Of a DNA stretch of 64,000 nucleotides, positions 41,659-58,579 are shown in pieces. Both the position numbers and the translations under genes were made by a program. The first letter of the stretch is position 1. Each line of letters starts with the position of its first letter. The notes under the pieces were generated by a model. That model saw nothing but the letters and a program-made list of their open reading frames with translations. It had not been told where the DNA came from and did no database searches. Origin of the DNA: Octopus vulgaris (taxonomy: Eukaryota); the NCBI GenBank assembly GCA_951406725.2, contig OX597828.1, forward strand, positions 71,734,001 through 71,798,000, written 5' to 3'.

Positions 41659-41875
41659 AAGCGGCGAGGTGGTAGAGTCGTTAGTACGTCAGGCAAAATG
41701 CACAGTGGCTTTTGTTCCTTCTTTACGTTCTTAAGTTCAAATTCCATCGGGGTCGGCTTTACCTTTCATTCTTTCGGGGTCGATAAAATAATACCAGTCG
41801 ATCACTGGGCTTCATGCAATCGACTTAGCCTCCTCCCCCCAAATTGCTGACCATGTGCCAATATTTGAAAATAAT
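41659..41875 (+). mobile_element. SINE family A
   Basis: Family A head, core and tail. Confidence 0.85.
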
Positions 41876-41970
41876 TATTATTAGCAAATGCGTTAGAAAG
41901 CAGAAGGCATGGGACGTGTTGTTTAAGGAATATATTTAGATTAAGAAACCCCGCGGGACCCGACCTCATG

Positions 41971-42013
<43 letters not shown>

Positions 42014-42250
42014 GGATATATATATATATACGTATATATATGCTGAGAGTAAGAGAGAGAGACAGAGAGATAAGGGAAGACAGAAACAGATAGACAGCCA
42101 GAGATTTATTAAATTATACAGTAATTAAATGTTATTTATATAAATCAATATCGATTTCGTATATAAATACCGAATATTGATTTCTCATACAAATATATAT
42201 TTATACACCTATGTACGCATTTCACAAATACATAAATACGTGTATATATG

Positions 42251-42291
<41 letters not shown>

Positions 42292-42923
42292 ATACACACG
42301 CAAACACATACATAAACTCTTATGTATGTATGAATGTGTGAATGTATGCATGTGTGTGAATGTATACATGTGTGTATGTATGTGTATATGTATGCATGTG
42401 TGAATGTATGCATGTGTGTACGTGTGTATGTATGTATGCACGTGTGTATGTTTACATGTGTGAATGTATGCATGTGTGTATGTATGTGTAAATGTTTGCA
42501 TGCGTGTGTGTATGAGCTATTTACATAGTAGAAGTGCAAAGAGGTTAAGGAGCGACATTGATCGTTGGATGATTATAGAATGAAGAAGTATGTTTGGGTA
42601 TGTGTATATATTATATACATGTGTGTGTGTATGTGTATATATATATATATATGTATGTATGTGTCTCTATGTTGGGGTGTGTCTAAATCTGTACGTATGT
42701 ACGTATGTACGTGTGTGTGTATGTAAGTGTATGTAAGTATGTGTGTGTGTATTATGAACGTTGCTGTGTATGTGTGTATGCGTGTAATGTGCACAGAGTG
42801 AAACATAGGAAGATAATGGCGTTGCAGCAAGCTATATCTGTGCTGGATGCGTATATTTATAAATACACAAAGAGATAAGTCAACAAGCCGTTTGATGATG
42901 ATCTGTCTGTAAAATTAGACACG

Positions 42924-42955
<32 letters not shown>

Positions 42956-43182
42956 TATATCTGGCAAATATATGTAACCGCCATCATAAACCAAGAGAAA
43001 CAGTCATAAATCCGTTGCCCTACCCACCTTCCACCAACCCTTGTCCCCCCCCTCTCTTTCTCCGCTCTCCGCCTCCCCCGCCACCGATGGCACCGTGCCG
43101 ATGGTATTAGGCTGGCGCTGTTTAATTGCCTCTATTACATTTAGTTATCGCCAAGGCACACTCACAAACACACACACACAAA

Positions 43183-43215
<33 letters not shown>

Positions 43216-43307
43216 CACACATAGACACACACACACATACACGCACACACTCGCACGCGCGCGCGTGCACGCGGGCACGCAGTGTCTTGTTGTAGTGCCA
43301 GATATAT

Positions 43308-43689
43308 CTTTTATCTTTTACTTAACTCAGTCATTTGACTGCGGCCATGCTGGAGCACCACCTTCAGTCGAACAAATCGTCCCCAGGACTTATTCTTTGT
43401 AAGCCTAGCACTTATTTTATCGGTACATTTTGCCGAACCGCTAAGTTACGGGGACATAAGCACACCAGCATCAGTTGTCATGCGATGGTGGGAGGACACA
43501 CACACACACACACACACACACATATGTATACGACGGGCTTCTTTCAGTTTCCGTCTACCAAAGCCACTCACAAGGCTTTGATCGGCTCGAGGCTATAGTA
43601 GAAGACACTTGCCTAAAAAGCCACGCAGTGGAACTGAACCCGGAACCATGTGGTTAGGAAGGAAACTTCTTACCACACAGCCACGCCTG
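43308..43689 (-). mobile_element. Full-length SINE family B with internal (CA)n
   Basis: Family B head to tail. Confidence 0.9.
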
Positions 43690-44137
43690 TTCAATGTTCA
43701 ATGTTCGTCTCAGATGTTAAAGGTTCTTGGTTCAAATCCTCGTTGGCCAAAATTCCCATCCAGGTTTACTTTTGCTTCCTTCAACTATTCTAAAACTAAT
43801 GGCTGACACCTGTTGCTTGTACGCAGCCAATAGCATAGCAGTTATGTTTGGCCCCAAGTTACACCTTAGTCTTCTGAGAAGGGAGAGACACAAAGGGTCA
43901 TTCTTTGTACAATAGGCAGGTTTGAGGCAGGGGGGAAGACGACTGGTGCTTATTTTATCGATCTCGAAAGGACGAAAGGTGAAGTCGGCGTTAAAAACGG
44001 GCAAAATACCACTAGGAGGCATTTTGCCCGATGTGTTCACAATTCTTTTAGCTCACCAGCTAGAAAATAAGGAGGGAAAGTCACGACGGGAACGTCTTTT
44101 ATTTAAGGTTTGCTCGACCAGAGCTGACGTGAGATTA

Positions 44138-44208
<71 letters not shown>

Positions 44209-44264
44209 CCGCAGCAGCAGCAGCAGCAGCAACAACAACAAGACAAATTCTAGTTTATGTTGGC

Positions 44265-44480
44265 AAACAAGCCTTTTGTTTCTTCACGAAGCTGCAGCTG
44301 ACCCCTCCTGGATGTCAGAGCCTGCCATTCTTGAAAATGGTCATTGAAGAACAATCTCTTCCAGCCTATTCACCAAACTTCGTTTCCTGTGACTTCACTC
44401 CAGTTATCAGATTTGAAGAACCATTTGAATGGCAAGCTGCTGCACTCTGCCAATGAAGAACTGCAATTGGCAACAACAAT
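44265..44480 (+). pseudogene. Mariner transposase fragment
   Basis: Frameshifted LLFLHEAA...AYSPNFVSCDF...DLKNHLNGK..NEELQ resembles the mariner YSPDLAP.DF..F..LK..L.G region. Confidence 0.6.
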
Positions 44481-44667
44481 GGTGCGCAGAATGGTACTGA
44501 AAAAAAGGAAAAGAGTAGCGAAGTCAAATCTTGGCGAAGTTGCTGAAAAATTAAATAATTTGTCGAAAATTATATTAAAATATTCTTTCCCTGTTGTCTT
44601 GCCGTAAAAAAATCTGCTGAAAACGTTTGGATCACCCTGCGTTTGGCTCTCTCTCTCTCTCTTTATC

Positions 44668-44758
<91 letters not shown>

Positions 44759-44905
44759 GTCTATCTATCTGTCTGTCCCTCTATCTATCTCTCTTTGCCT
44801 ATTTTATATTTGTGTATGCATGTGTGTGTGTGTGTGTGTTTATGTATGTATTCGCGTAAGCATATATATATAAGCAACAAGGATATCCAAGGTAGTGTAG
44901 TAATG

Positions 44906-44990
<85 letters not shown>

Positions 44991-45842
44991 GTATGTATGT
45001 ATACTCACACACACGCACACACGCACAAGACGAGTTTCTCCATAGTTTCCGCCTTCCAAATGCCTTTATTTGTGTACTTGTCGCTCCCAAAGCTATGGCA
45101 GACGTCACTTCTACCTTAGGCGGTACCGTGTAATTGGCTCGAACCAGGCACCAAGTGGCTGCGTTGTGAACTTCTGAATAACAACACGGCTATTGTTTTA
45201 GACAATAAATCAAATGAATTAACGAGAATGGATGAGAAAGCCAGTCACCTATATAGTATTAGTAGCATTTAATATCATGACAGAGAGAGAGAGGGGGGGA
45301 GAAAGAGAGAGGTGAAGAGAGAGGGAGTGAGAGGGAGAGACAGAGAAAGAGATTGTTATAGCGTCTAAATTGAGAAAACGCTGGGGATTTGATGAAAATC
45401 AGACGACAGGTTAAGGAGGCCATTATTGATGTTTCTCACAACCTTTCACCGCTAAGTATAACATCTGCTGTGTGATAGCAGAGAATATAGATGAGATGAG
45501 TGAGAGGAACGCTAGGTTAGAAATATGGCAGTAGTTTATTATGGAGATCTAGAATCTGGGTTACATGGAAGACAACAATAGCGAAAGCAACCAGAGTAGT
45601 CACAACAACAATGTTTTGACGCTTACCTGCCTCGGTCTTTGGACTATAGCACAGCTGGAGCATCCTTCCTTCAAGGGTTTTGCTCTAACAAATCTACATC
45701 AGTTTTTATTTTTAAAGCTGGTAATATTTTTATCGATTCTTGTTGCCAAATAGCTAAGTTACGGCGACGTAAACAAGAAAACAAAAACACCAGCTGTCAA
45801 GCCGTAGAGAAGAAAAGCATACAGACACATAATTACACGCAT

Positions 45843-47548
<1,706 letters not shown>

Positions 47549-47619
47549 TACGTGTGTGTGTGTAAGTATATACATGTGTTGTGTGTGTGTATGTATGTAT
47601 TAATGTATGTTTGTGTGCC

Positions 47620-48006
<387 letters not shown>

Positions 48007-48579
48007 CTTATATGTATATATAACTTTATGCAAGAGTACATATGACATTTGCCATCTATAACAATATATCATTTGACCGAATCTAAAAAAAATCCATCGT
48101 CTTAAATATGACCTGAGAATCAATAACTGTTTCTATACAAGAAGCGGCTTTCACCCTCTCGGTCAGTCGCTGAAAACAACTATTTTAGATATGAACAGCA
48201 AATATATGCTACGAGGACAATGTCATATAAAACAACCTTGCCGTGTAAAGAATACCACACAGGGGACGCGACCAATACGTGTTGTTATTTGAAGAGAGAG
48301 CGTTTGCTTTGTTTTATATGTTTGAAAATGTTTTCTGTAGCTTCTGGCTGATAGAGTTGGTGGTTATTCAGATTGCTTTTTTTTTTTATTGTTTACGAGG
48401 TTAATCACACATTAAGTATTTTTTTACAATGGCTAGAGTGACAAGGGAGTGCTGGTATAACGTACGTGGAACAAATATTACAGGGTGTTTGGGGTTAGAA
48501 AGTACCGGTTAGCTATGGTTTTAACCTCTCCCGTTGACATATATCAGCGAAAGACACACACACACACACACACACGCGT

Positions 48580-48622
<43 letters not shown>

Positions 48623-48629
48623 TATTTAT

Positions 48630-48992
48630 GGGAAGGGCCCAGTTGATTAGGTCGACCCTAGTATGCAACTGGTACTTAATTTATTGACCCCCGAAAGGAT
48701 GAAAGGCAAAGTCGACCTTGGCGGAATTTGAACTCAGAACGTAAAGCCGGATGAAATACCTATTTCTTTACTACCCACAAGGGGCTAAACACAGAGGGGA
48801 CAAACAAAGACAGACAAACGGATTAAGTCGATTATATCGATCCCAGTGCGTAACTGGTACTTATTTAATCGACCCCGAAAGGATGAAAGGTAAAGTCGAC
48901 CTCGGCGGAATTTGAACTCAGAACGTAGCGGCAGATGAAATACCTCTAAGCATTTCGCCCAGCGTGCTAACGTTCCTACCAGGTCGTCGCCC
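48630..48992 (-). mobile_element. Tandem or nested SINE family A copies
   Basis: Two family A cores (48630-48758 and 48760-48992). Confidence 0.85.
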
Positions 48993-48999
48993 TTGTATG

Positions 49000-49069
<70 letters not shown>

Positions 49070-49944
49070 AATATATATGCGTATGTGAATGTATATATAT
49101 ATATGAACGTGTGTGTATATATGCGTATATGTGCGCATGCATGCATGGTGCGTCTATATTTGTTTACCGGTGTAAATCGGTGGAAATGAAACTCCTTGTG
49201 ATAAGTATTATGTGGGGAGTAACTCCCTAAATGGCTAATCAAAGGAAACTATTTTATTGGAATTATAGCCAGAACCGCAAAGAGCTGCTGAGCTTTCAGC
49301 GAATCGAGTTTCACGATACGTTTTCAATTTCCGAATGAGGAAGCTATAAGTAGTTCTCATTTTCTTCTCCACCTCCCTTCTTAGATATCTCTGATACTGA
49401 AGAGATCAATAATTATTCTATTGATCTGAACTGAACTGATTAGTTTCCTTCATCAGCACCAATCTCGGATCCTTTGGTTTCCGCGATAAGTGGCTTCCCG
49501 GAACCTCATCGTTTCCGAATCTTATTAGCTTCCATTCAAAAATTCACCTTCTTTGACCTTTCGTAACCAGACTTGTTCAATTCGATGCTGAAATTATTCT
49601 CCTCTTGACCGATCTATCAGCAATCTTTCGTTTCGTTTAATGTTAATCAAAGATTAATATTTTGAACGTTTATTTTTATTTCAAAATTTCCGTTAATAAT
49701 TTTTTCAAGTCTTCAAGTGACAAAAACCGGAAGTGCATCAGCAAGTGACCGGAAACAGCGCCATATAATTCTTGTTTTATTGTGATCAAAACGTTTATGC
49801 TAGATTTCTGAGGTATCTGCTTATTTTAAAAGCAGCGCAGTCGATGTCTTGACGGTATTTCATTGTATTTGGTGCCGTTAAAGAAGTGCAGGAAGTAACA
49901 CAAGGAACTCAAGAAGATTTACATTAATCTAGGGTAAAATTAGA

Positions 49945-50142
49945 TTAGTTAGCATGCCGGACAAAATGCTTAGCAGTGTTTCTTTCGGCCTTATGTTCTG
50001 GGTTGAAATTCTGCCGAGTTTGACTTTACCTTTCATCCTTTAAGGGCCGATAAAATAAGTACCAGTTGAGCACCGGAGTCGATGTAGGCGACGAGCCCCC
50101 TCCTCCATAACTTTAGGCTTTGTGCCTATAGTTTAAAGAATT
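49945..50142 (+). mobile_element. SINE family A
   Basis: Family A core. Confidence 0.8.
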
Positions 50143-50314
50143 ACTTTAGGTAAAATTCATAATCCGAGAAAGTGGTAAGGGTTTGTCATTGCTAAAATTA
50201 ATTTATGGGGAGAATTCAACAAGTTTAATTACATTGAAGAAATCTAGCACTCCAGTTCTTTTAGCTTCGTTTAATATGCGAGGTACAATGAGAAAGAGAG
50301 ATAGATAGATAGAT

Positions 50315-50382
<68 letters not shown>

Positions 50383-51951
50383 ATGGTGCTAGAACAGACG
50401 TCACAACATTACAGTGGATCCCACCTAGTACTCTAACCATTCTGCTAATTCCTCACCCTGGAGTGGTATTTTTAGTTATCTTTTCTGAAAGAATAAAAGG
50501 CAATATTGACCTCGGTGGGATTTGAACTCAGACTGTAGAGAGACAGCACATTTAACACGAAACACACACATACACACATACACTCCCCCCACACATATAA
50601 ACTCACTCACAAATACACAAACATATACAATGAGCTTCCGTACAGTTTCCGTCTACCAAATTCACTCACGAATTTCATCCTGTGCCGCCCAGTAGAAATG
50701 AACACGAAATCACGCGGCTTGCAAAGTGAGTTGCTGTTAAATAAAAAAACTTTAATGCTTATTTATGTATTGTTTATTCTGCGAATAACACTTTAAATAA
50801 TGTTTAGTGATGTATGTATTCTGTGGATTAAAAAAAATGGCTGCGATGATGAATTTAGCGACGCTGTATATTTCACGTTGTGCTTATTTTGCGACGGAAT
50901 TAACCAGGTAATGAAATTACAGTCAATCTATTAAACGTGATGCAATTAGGCTAAATGAATTTATCGCAATGATAAATTGCCGAACACCGTCTGAAGGTAA
51001 CATATCCCCGTTTCCTCCCCGCCACTCACAGAGGTTCATATAAAGGTTACGGTTCAACACTTCCACCTCTTGCATAAACCAATAAAAAATTGAAAAAGAA
51101 AGAAGAGATCAGCTTAACAAGACCTCTCTCTTCGCACGGGTGATTTCGAGACACTCGTAAATCATTCAATGTTCCCTCAAATTACACTTGCAGACAGTAA
51201 CTACCTCAATATCTATTTTTATACTTTAGTGAATTGAAACAGCTGTAAATCTCATTAATACTTAAATAGTTTCCAGGAATATTTCTCTATACAGTGTTAC
51301 AATACCTCTAACAGTTCACAAAAACCTTCATTTCCCCCCACTTTCCTCACTTCTAACTGATGACGATCACAGAGTTAAGCTTGATTAAATATTTATTAAT
51401 TTCAATACATTTAAAACGAAAATATAATAAAACAAATCAACAAATCTCGAAAATAATAAAAAAAGTGATTGATTAGTAAATCATTATTTCATTACAATTA
51501 TCATATTACCAGTAAAAGCGTCTCATAATGTTCCATATTAAATATACAAACGGTATAGTTTTTTTCTCTCTCTCTCTCTCTTCAAATCGAATGAGCAGAC
51601 GATAACATGATTAAATTACAACTGGTTGGATGGAATGAGATAAAAGCAACACGGCGACAGTTATTGAGTAAACACTAGTTTTGTAGAGGGAAGCTTGTGT
51701 GTTACATCAGTTAATTACTAACATTATATGTGTATATATATCTGTGTGTGTATGTATGTATGTATGTATGTATGTATGTATAGTGTTGTGGTCTTTACAT
51801 ATTTGTTTTTATTCGTGAGTAAATAATGATGCCGCGTTAAGGCTTTTAATTAAGTGAAACTATCTTAAACAACACAGAATACACACCACACAATTTAATC
51901 AGTTACAACGACAACGACGACCTCCACAACTGCTAGTAATTAATATTATTA

Positions 51952-51991
<40 letters not shown>

Positions 51992-52000
51992 GGAATAGGA

Positions 52001-52215
52001 CTGGCGGGCAGCTGACAGAATTGTTAGCACACGGGCCAAAATGCCTACCAGCGTTTCATCCGTCTTTACAGATCTGAGTTCAAATTCCGCCGAGGTTGAC
52101 TTTGCCTTTCATCCTTTTGGTGTCGATAAAATAAGTACCAGTTGAACACTGGGGTCGATGTAATCGACTTACCCTTTTCCCCCGAAATTGCTGGCCTCGT
52201 GCCAAAATTGGAAAC

Positions 52216-52307
<92 letters not shown>

Positions 52308-52960
52308 TTATTATTATTATTGGAGTGGGACGGTTGGTGAGCTGGCAGAGTTGTTAGCATGCAGAAAAAATGGTCAGCAGCATTTCGTTCTGAGTTCAAA
52401 TTCCAACGAGGTCGACTTTACTTTTCATCCTTTCGGGGCCCATAAAACAAGTACCTGTTGAGCTCAGGGGTCGATTTAATCAACGAGCTCTCTTGCCCAA
52501 ATTTTAGGCCTTGTGCCTATTGTAGAAAGAATTACTCTAAGGTGGCGCCCTGGCAGAATCGTTATCACGCCGGACAAAATATTTGGCGACGTTTCTTCCG
52601 AATTTACATTCTAGTTTCAAATTCTTCCGAGATTAACTCTCTCTTTCATACTTTTGGGGGTTGATGTACTCGATTAAACTCCACCTTAAAATTTCCGAAT
52701 TTGTGCCTATAGCAGGAAGGAATCACTATTGAAATAGGATAAAGCGGATAACAGGCAGAAAGAATAGTCAGTGCGTCGAACAAAATACTTAGCAACCTTT
52801 CTTCCGGCTCTTCACGAACAAGTCCCGCCAAGAGCCACTTTGTTTTTCGTCCTCTCGGGGTCGATTACAAAAGTACCAGTTGAATACTGGGGTCTATGTA
52901 ATCGAATAATCCCTTTCCCCTGGAAATTGCTGGTCTTGTGCTGAAATTTGAAGCAGTTAT
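52001..52960 (+). mobile_element. Head-to-tail cluster of four SINE family A copies
   Basis: Copies at about 52001-52217, 52330-52533, 52541-52720 and 52745-52960. Confidence 0.85.
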
Positions 52961-53496
52961 TAAAACAGAACGATAGTTTTTATTGCCGTCGCTAACTCCC
53001 AGCGCAGCTCTTAGCTATCAGCCGTATCACTACAGATATTCCAGCCGTGACCATCCCTTTGATCTTTTTTACTCTGTGCTAGAAACTAGGGACTAAATTT
53101 TTTAAAATGTTGATTGCCAGATCGATTTTGAGGGAGATTTGGCTACTCTTTCTATTACATTGAGTGAGGATCTAGAGCAGCAGCTGTGGCTTTGTGGCCC
53201 TTAGGCATCATTCCGGCGGCCCTCAATGGTCTTCCCACTCGAAATATGATATCTTTCTTTAATTGCTGATGAAGTAAAGAACCAGCCAAGTACTACATAA
53301 TAAAATACCTAATCCACTCTCTGTTCCCTTTGTCTACATCATCCAGAAACTTCTATCAGCTGTTCTTATAATTATCTCCCTTGTGTGCAAACCAACAGGG
53401 AAAGTTTTTATCAAAATCGATTGACAGAAAACTGAGAAATCCTAAATTTCACACCTAAGCTATTAGCGTCGTTCTGGGTGTATGTATGTGTACGTG

Positions 53497-53639
<143 letters not shown>

Positions 53640-53647
53640 CACACATA

Positions 53648-54205
53648 CACATGGCTCAGTGGTTAGAACGTCGATCTTACGACCGTGAGGTTGTGAGTTC
53701 GAATCCCGGACCGGGCTGCATGTTGTGTTCTTGAGCAAGACACTTTATTTCACGTTGCTCCAGTTCACTCAGCTGTAGAAATGAGTTGTGACGTCACAGG
53801 TGCCGAGCTGCATCGCCCCCTTTGCCTTTCCCTTGGATAACACTGGTGGCGTGGAGAGGAGAGGCCGGTATGCATTTGCGACTGCTGGCCATCCATAAAC
53901 AACCTTGTCCGGACTTGTGCCTTGGGAGGTAACTTTCTTGGTGCAATCCCATGGTCATTCGTGACCGCAGGGGGTCTCCATGTATTCATTTACTTTCTTC
54001 TACTTTTACTTGTTTCAGCCATTTGACTGCGGCCATGCTGGAGCACCGCCATTAATTGAACAAATCAAGCCCAGGACTTATTCTTGATAAGCCGAGTACT
54101 TATTCTGTTGGTTTATTTTGCCGAACTCCTAGGTTACGGGGACGTAAACACACCAACATTGGTTGTCAGGTGATGGTGGGGGTGGGGGACAAAGACGGAC
54201 ACATA
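53648..54205. mobile_element. SINE family D (plus, 53648-53977) followed by family B 3' half (minus, 54000-54205)
   Basis: A/B boxes tggctcagtgg and gagttcgaatcc, plus family cores. Confidence 0.85.
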
Positions 54206-54942
54206 AATTCATACATACATATATGTATGTGTGTTTCTCTCTCATCCTTTCTCTAATTCTTTTTTTTCCCCTTCACTGTTTTCTATTTGCCTGTTCCTCT
54301 CTCTATCCCTCTTCCTCCTTTACTCTCTCTCTCGTTGCTCACACGTAACCATCGTCCATCTTTCTTCTCCTCACGTGATCATTATTCTTTTCCGTCAGAC
54401 TATAGTGCAGGGCCAGACGCATTCTTGTCTGTCTCCTCTCCTATCTTTTCTCTTATCAAAGAATCTTCTCCAAGCGTTCGCCACTTTACCTCATCTGAGC
54501 CTAACAACCCTCCCTGTTTGTATTCGTTTCATTTTGTTTGTTGTATGTCCTATTTTTGTTACCAACTTTGAAACTCCGCAAATCCCGAATTTTCTTTTCA
54601 TTTCGGTTCGCGGGAGCAACTGCTTTCAAAGTCTTATCTTGTTGTTCAATGTTCGAAATATGGAGTAGAAGGACAGCCGACAACTGATGAAGGGTCGCTT
54701 TTTTTGTTGTTACTTGTCTTCTTTTCCATTCGTGTCTCTCGTTTCTCTGCGTACTCAACATTGCTTTCGCATTTCATATTTGTTTACGTTTATATGTATA
54801 TACATATATGTGTCTATATATGCATATATATAATAATATAGGGTAAGATTAATTAATTAATAAATCAATCAATTAATTGATTAATAATTAATAATTTTAC
54901 CAAGTAGTCAGTACGTTAAAATAACATTTTTATGTGAATTAC

Positions 54943-55133
54943 ACAAAATATTCTATAATTATATACATAAATATAATTACAATCAGGGGTCAGCTAATTG
55001 CTTCGCCATGTACCGAAATTAGAATTAGAAGCTAATGGCATTAGCTTCTAATTCTAATTTCGGTACGTGGCGAAGCAATTAGCTGACCTCTGATTGTAAT
55101 TATATTTATGTATATAATTATAGAATATTTTGT
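54943..55133. repeat. Near-perfect palindrome (~95-bp arms, 1-nt centre)
   Basis: Centre gctaatg-g-cattagc at 55031-55045. The right arm ends in tatatata. Confidence 0.9.
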
Positions 55134-55144
55134 ATATATACACT

Positions 55145-55263
55145 GCGGGTTTCTTTCAGTTTCCGTCTACTAAATCCACTCACAAGGCTTTTGTCGGCGC
55201 GAGGCCATAGCAGAAGACACTTGCTCAAGGTGCCACGCAGTGGGACTGAACCTGGAGCCATGT
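55145..55263 (-). mobile_element. SINE family B 5' part
   Basis: Family B core. Confidence 0.8.
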
Positions 55264-55529
55264 TTGTTCCACGTCCTCGCGTTGTTGTATTTTTTGTGCT
55301 TTCTTGTTTGGATTAACTTTATATATATATATATATATGTATATGTTTCTCTCTTTTCCTTTTCCCTTCTGACTAGTTCGTATCATAACTAGATCAAGGA
55401 TATTCTAAATTTGTTCTGTCTCTGTCTCTTTGTCTGTGCATCTCTTTGCTATCTCTCTCTCTCTTTTCTCTATCTTTTCCTCCACCCTCGCCGCCTTCAC
55501 CTGATAAACATGCTAAAACAAGACCGTTG

Positions 55530-56002
55530 CCTCACGCCGCCGCCGCCGACGACGACGACGACCACTACCACAACTAACACCACCACCACCACCACCACCA
55601 CCTCAACCACCACCACCACCACCACCTCAACCACCACCACCACCACCACCTCAACCACCACCACCACCACCACCACCGCAACCACCACCACCACCTCAAC
55701 CACCACCACCACCACCACCACCACCGCAACCACCGCCGACCACCACCACCACCGCAACCACCACCACCACCACCACCACCACCACCACCACCACCACCAC
55801 CACCACAACCACCACCACCACCTCAACCACCACCACCACCACCTCAACCACCACCTCAACCACCACCACCACCACCACCACCTCAACCACCACCACCACC
55901 ACCACCACCACCACCACCACCGCAACCACCGCCGCCACCACCACCACCGCCACCACCGCCGCCACCACCACCACCGCAACCACCGCCACCACCACCACTA
56001 CC
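55530..56002. repeat. (CAC)n compound microsatellite
   Basis: Direct inspection. Confidence 0.95.
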
Positions 56003-56849
56003 ATGGAGGAAAATTCCTCATGCCAGTCTCTCTCTTATAAATGAGCAGAGATTTTATTGTCAGCCACCCCCCACCCCCAACCATTCGTTTTAACGAAGAA
56101 CAAATAAATTTATTGTCGGCCATTACAAAATGGTCGCTGTTCCAATGAGAACAACAACAACAACCACAATAACAACGACAATAGCAACATCAACAACATC
56201 AACAGCAGCAGCAGCAGAAACAGCAGCAGCAGCAGCAGCAGCAACAACAACAACAACAACAACAGCAACAGCAACAACTGCGACGACGAGCTTTTTGCTT
56301 GTTATTCCCCTGAACCTGGTTGCGTTCGTTTATTGTTGATCCACACAATGGTCTGTAGTCTGTCATGGCTTGTCTTTTATACACTATCGTTATTCTATTA
56401 TTCTATCATGCTATTATTCTGCAGTCCTGTAACGTGTTCCAATCACTGAACCTCGGCCATACTGGAGCACCAGCTCCAACGATTTTTAAAAGGTTTTAAA
56501 ACTTTTTACTTGATCGTGTCGATTTCGATACTCGTTTCTTACAGGTACTTATTTTATCGATCTTTACTGGTCGAATGGCACACACACACACTGACCCATA
56601 CACATGCGCACAAACAAAAAGGAACGCAGTGTAAATAACGGACAGAGTCAAGACAATTGAAAAGGTTACAAGACGCAACGAAAATTTTAGGAAAATAAAA
56701 ATATGAAATAAGTGGAAATTTTACCGGTGAGTGTGTTACATAATAAGGCACAAAAAAGAAGATGACTTTCCCCAGACACAACAGAATATGTTTCAACACA
56801 CAAACTCACATAAAGAAGCTTACAAACCAAATTCAAAAACATTTTCGTG

Positions 56850-56900
<51 letters not shown>

Positions 56901-56905
56901 GTGTA

Positions 56906-56944
<39 letters not shown>

Positions 56945-57613
56945 ATGAGTGTGTGTGTGTTCAAGTTTGGTCCAAGGCCAGCAAATTTGGAGGAGAGGAT
57001 AAGTCGATTACGTCGTCCCTAGTGGTCGGTGGAAGTATGGACGACAAAGTTGACTGCGGCAAGAGTTGAACATACAGGGTAGAGAGCCATAACGCATACC
57101 GGAAGTTACTCTAACCGACGCTTTAACAATCCGGGAGGATTATTTCTCTGGTGCTTGCTTGCTTGGCCATCAATGGTGAGTATGGTTTGGAGATATGTGC
57201 CTTGTTCTCGCAAATTATTTCAGGTGCCCTTGTAGTCGCGAGCAGTGGTAGACACCCTTTTGACTGCTTGTGCATGCTACGGCATTCATCCGAGGTGAGT
57301 TGAGCCGGTTTCGATCAACAAGTCATCCGTGTTCAGAGTTTCAGTGATAATACAAGTCCACATGTGATACCTGGTCACGTGCATACACATTTTGGGATAG
57401 CGTGGCCCCTAACAACTCACCTCGCCGTCATTTGTTGACCGTCGCAGAGGATTCGCTGACCAATTTACCGCCGATTATTGGGGCAGACTTGCCTGGGTCT
57501 CAAGCGGATTCTAGCGACATGCTTTTAGCAAAAGCATAGAGATGCCTCGCTCCCAGTGGTCTTCCAGCGCGCCGGACACCAACCCGGAATTTCCTTTGAC
57601 CCAGCGGACAACT

Positions 57614-57700
<87 letters not shown>

Positions 57701-58049
57701 CTGAGAGGCTAATGCAGTCGGTTGGTACTTATTTTCAGTTGTATAAGGCTAGACATCGTAAAAAGCTGTGCCTGCTTTAAAGACAGAAAGAACCGTCTTG
57801 TCAAGGAACCGAACGCATGACCTTATGGTCGAGAACGCAATACTTTAACCACTACGCTATATTCTCTTCGGTGAGTATTCTTGAGATAATCTAAGCAAAG
57901 ATCATTAATTTATTTTCTCGGAGTTCCATGAGAAGCAATTTGCAATCGAATCATCTACGAGTCTGCTCTGTATCAAAGTAACACATTTTACACACACAAA
58001 CACTCATACACACACAAACACTTACAGAAACACACACACACACTCATAT

Positions 58050-58121
<72 letters not shown>

Positions 58122-58579
58122 ACATGCACATGCAGGCTCACACATATACGCACACAGACACAGATATACACAAACACAGGCACATACGTACACATACATA
58201 TTCAGTCATAGAAAGACATGCACACACAAACACGCTTATACACACGGACATCACATACATACATACACACGTACATGCATACAGATACAAACTCTCACAA
58301 ACACCTAAAGACACAGATATATACGCACACGTTTGCACACCGCCACACACATACTGACACACACACGTCCACACACGTCCACACACCTCTACACTCACGC
58401 CAAACTTGAACAGACAAGAGATACTGCAGAAGCAATTTATTCTCGCCACCAACAATCACAAGTTATTGTTACAAACCTTGCGTCGCATTGATTGGGACAT
58501 TTACTGTGTTTATTATTATATTGGGAAGAAAATATAAGAAAATTCCAGAGAGACCAGACCATTTTTTGCTTAAAACGAA

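Noticed and set aside
53648-53722. tRNA-like sequence with A and B boxes (also 13310 and 63915)
   Set aside because: No proper acceptor stem. The 13310 and 53648 copies continue into SINE bodies, so these are SINE heads, not tRNA genes.
54640-54700. GAAA...CTGATGA as a permuted (type II) hammerhead (similar order at 23255-23300)
   Set aside because: I could not form the required stems convincingly.
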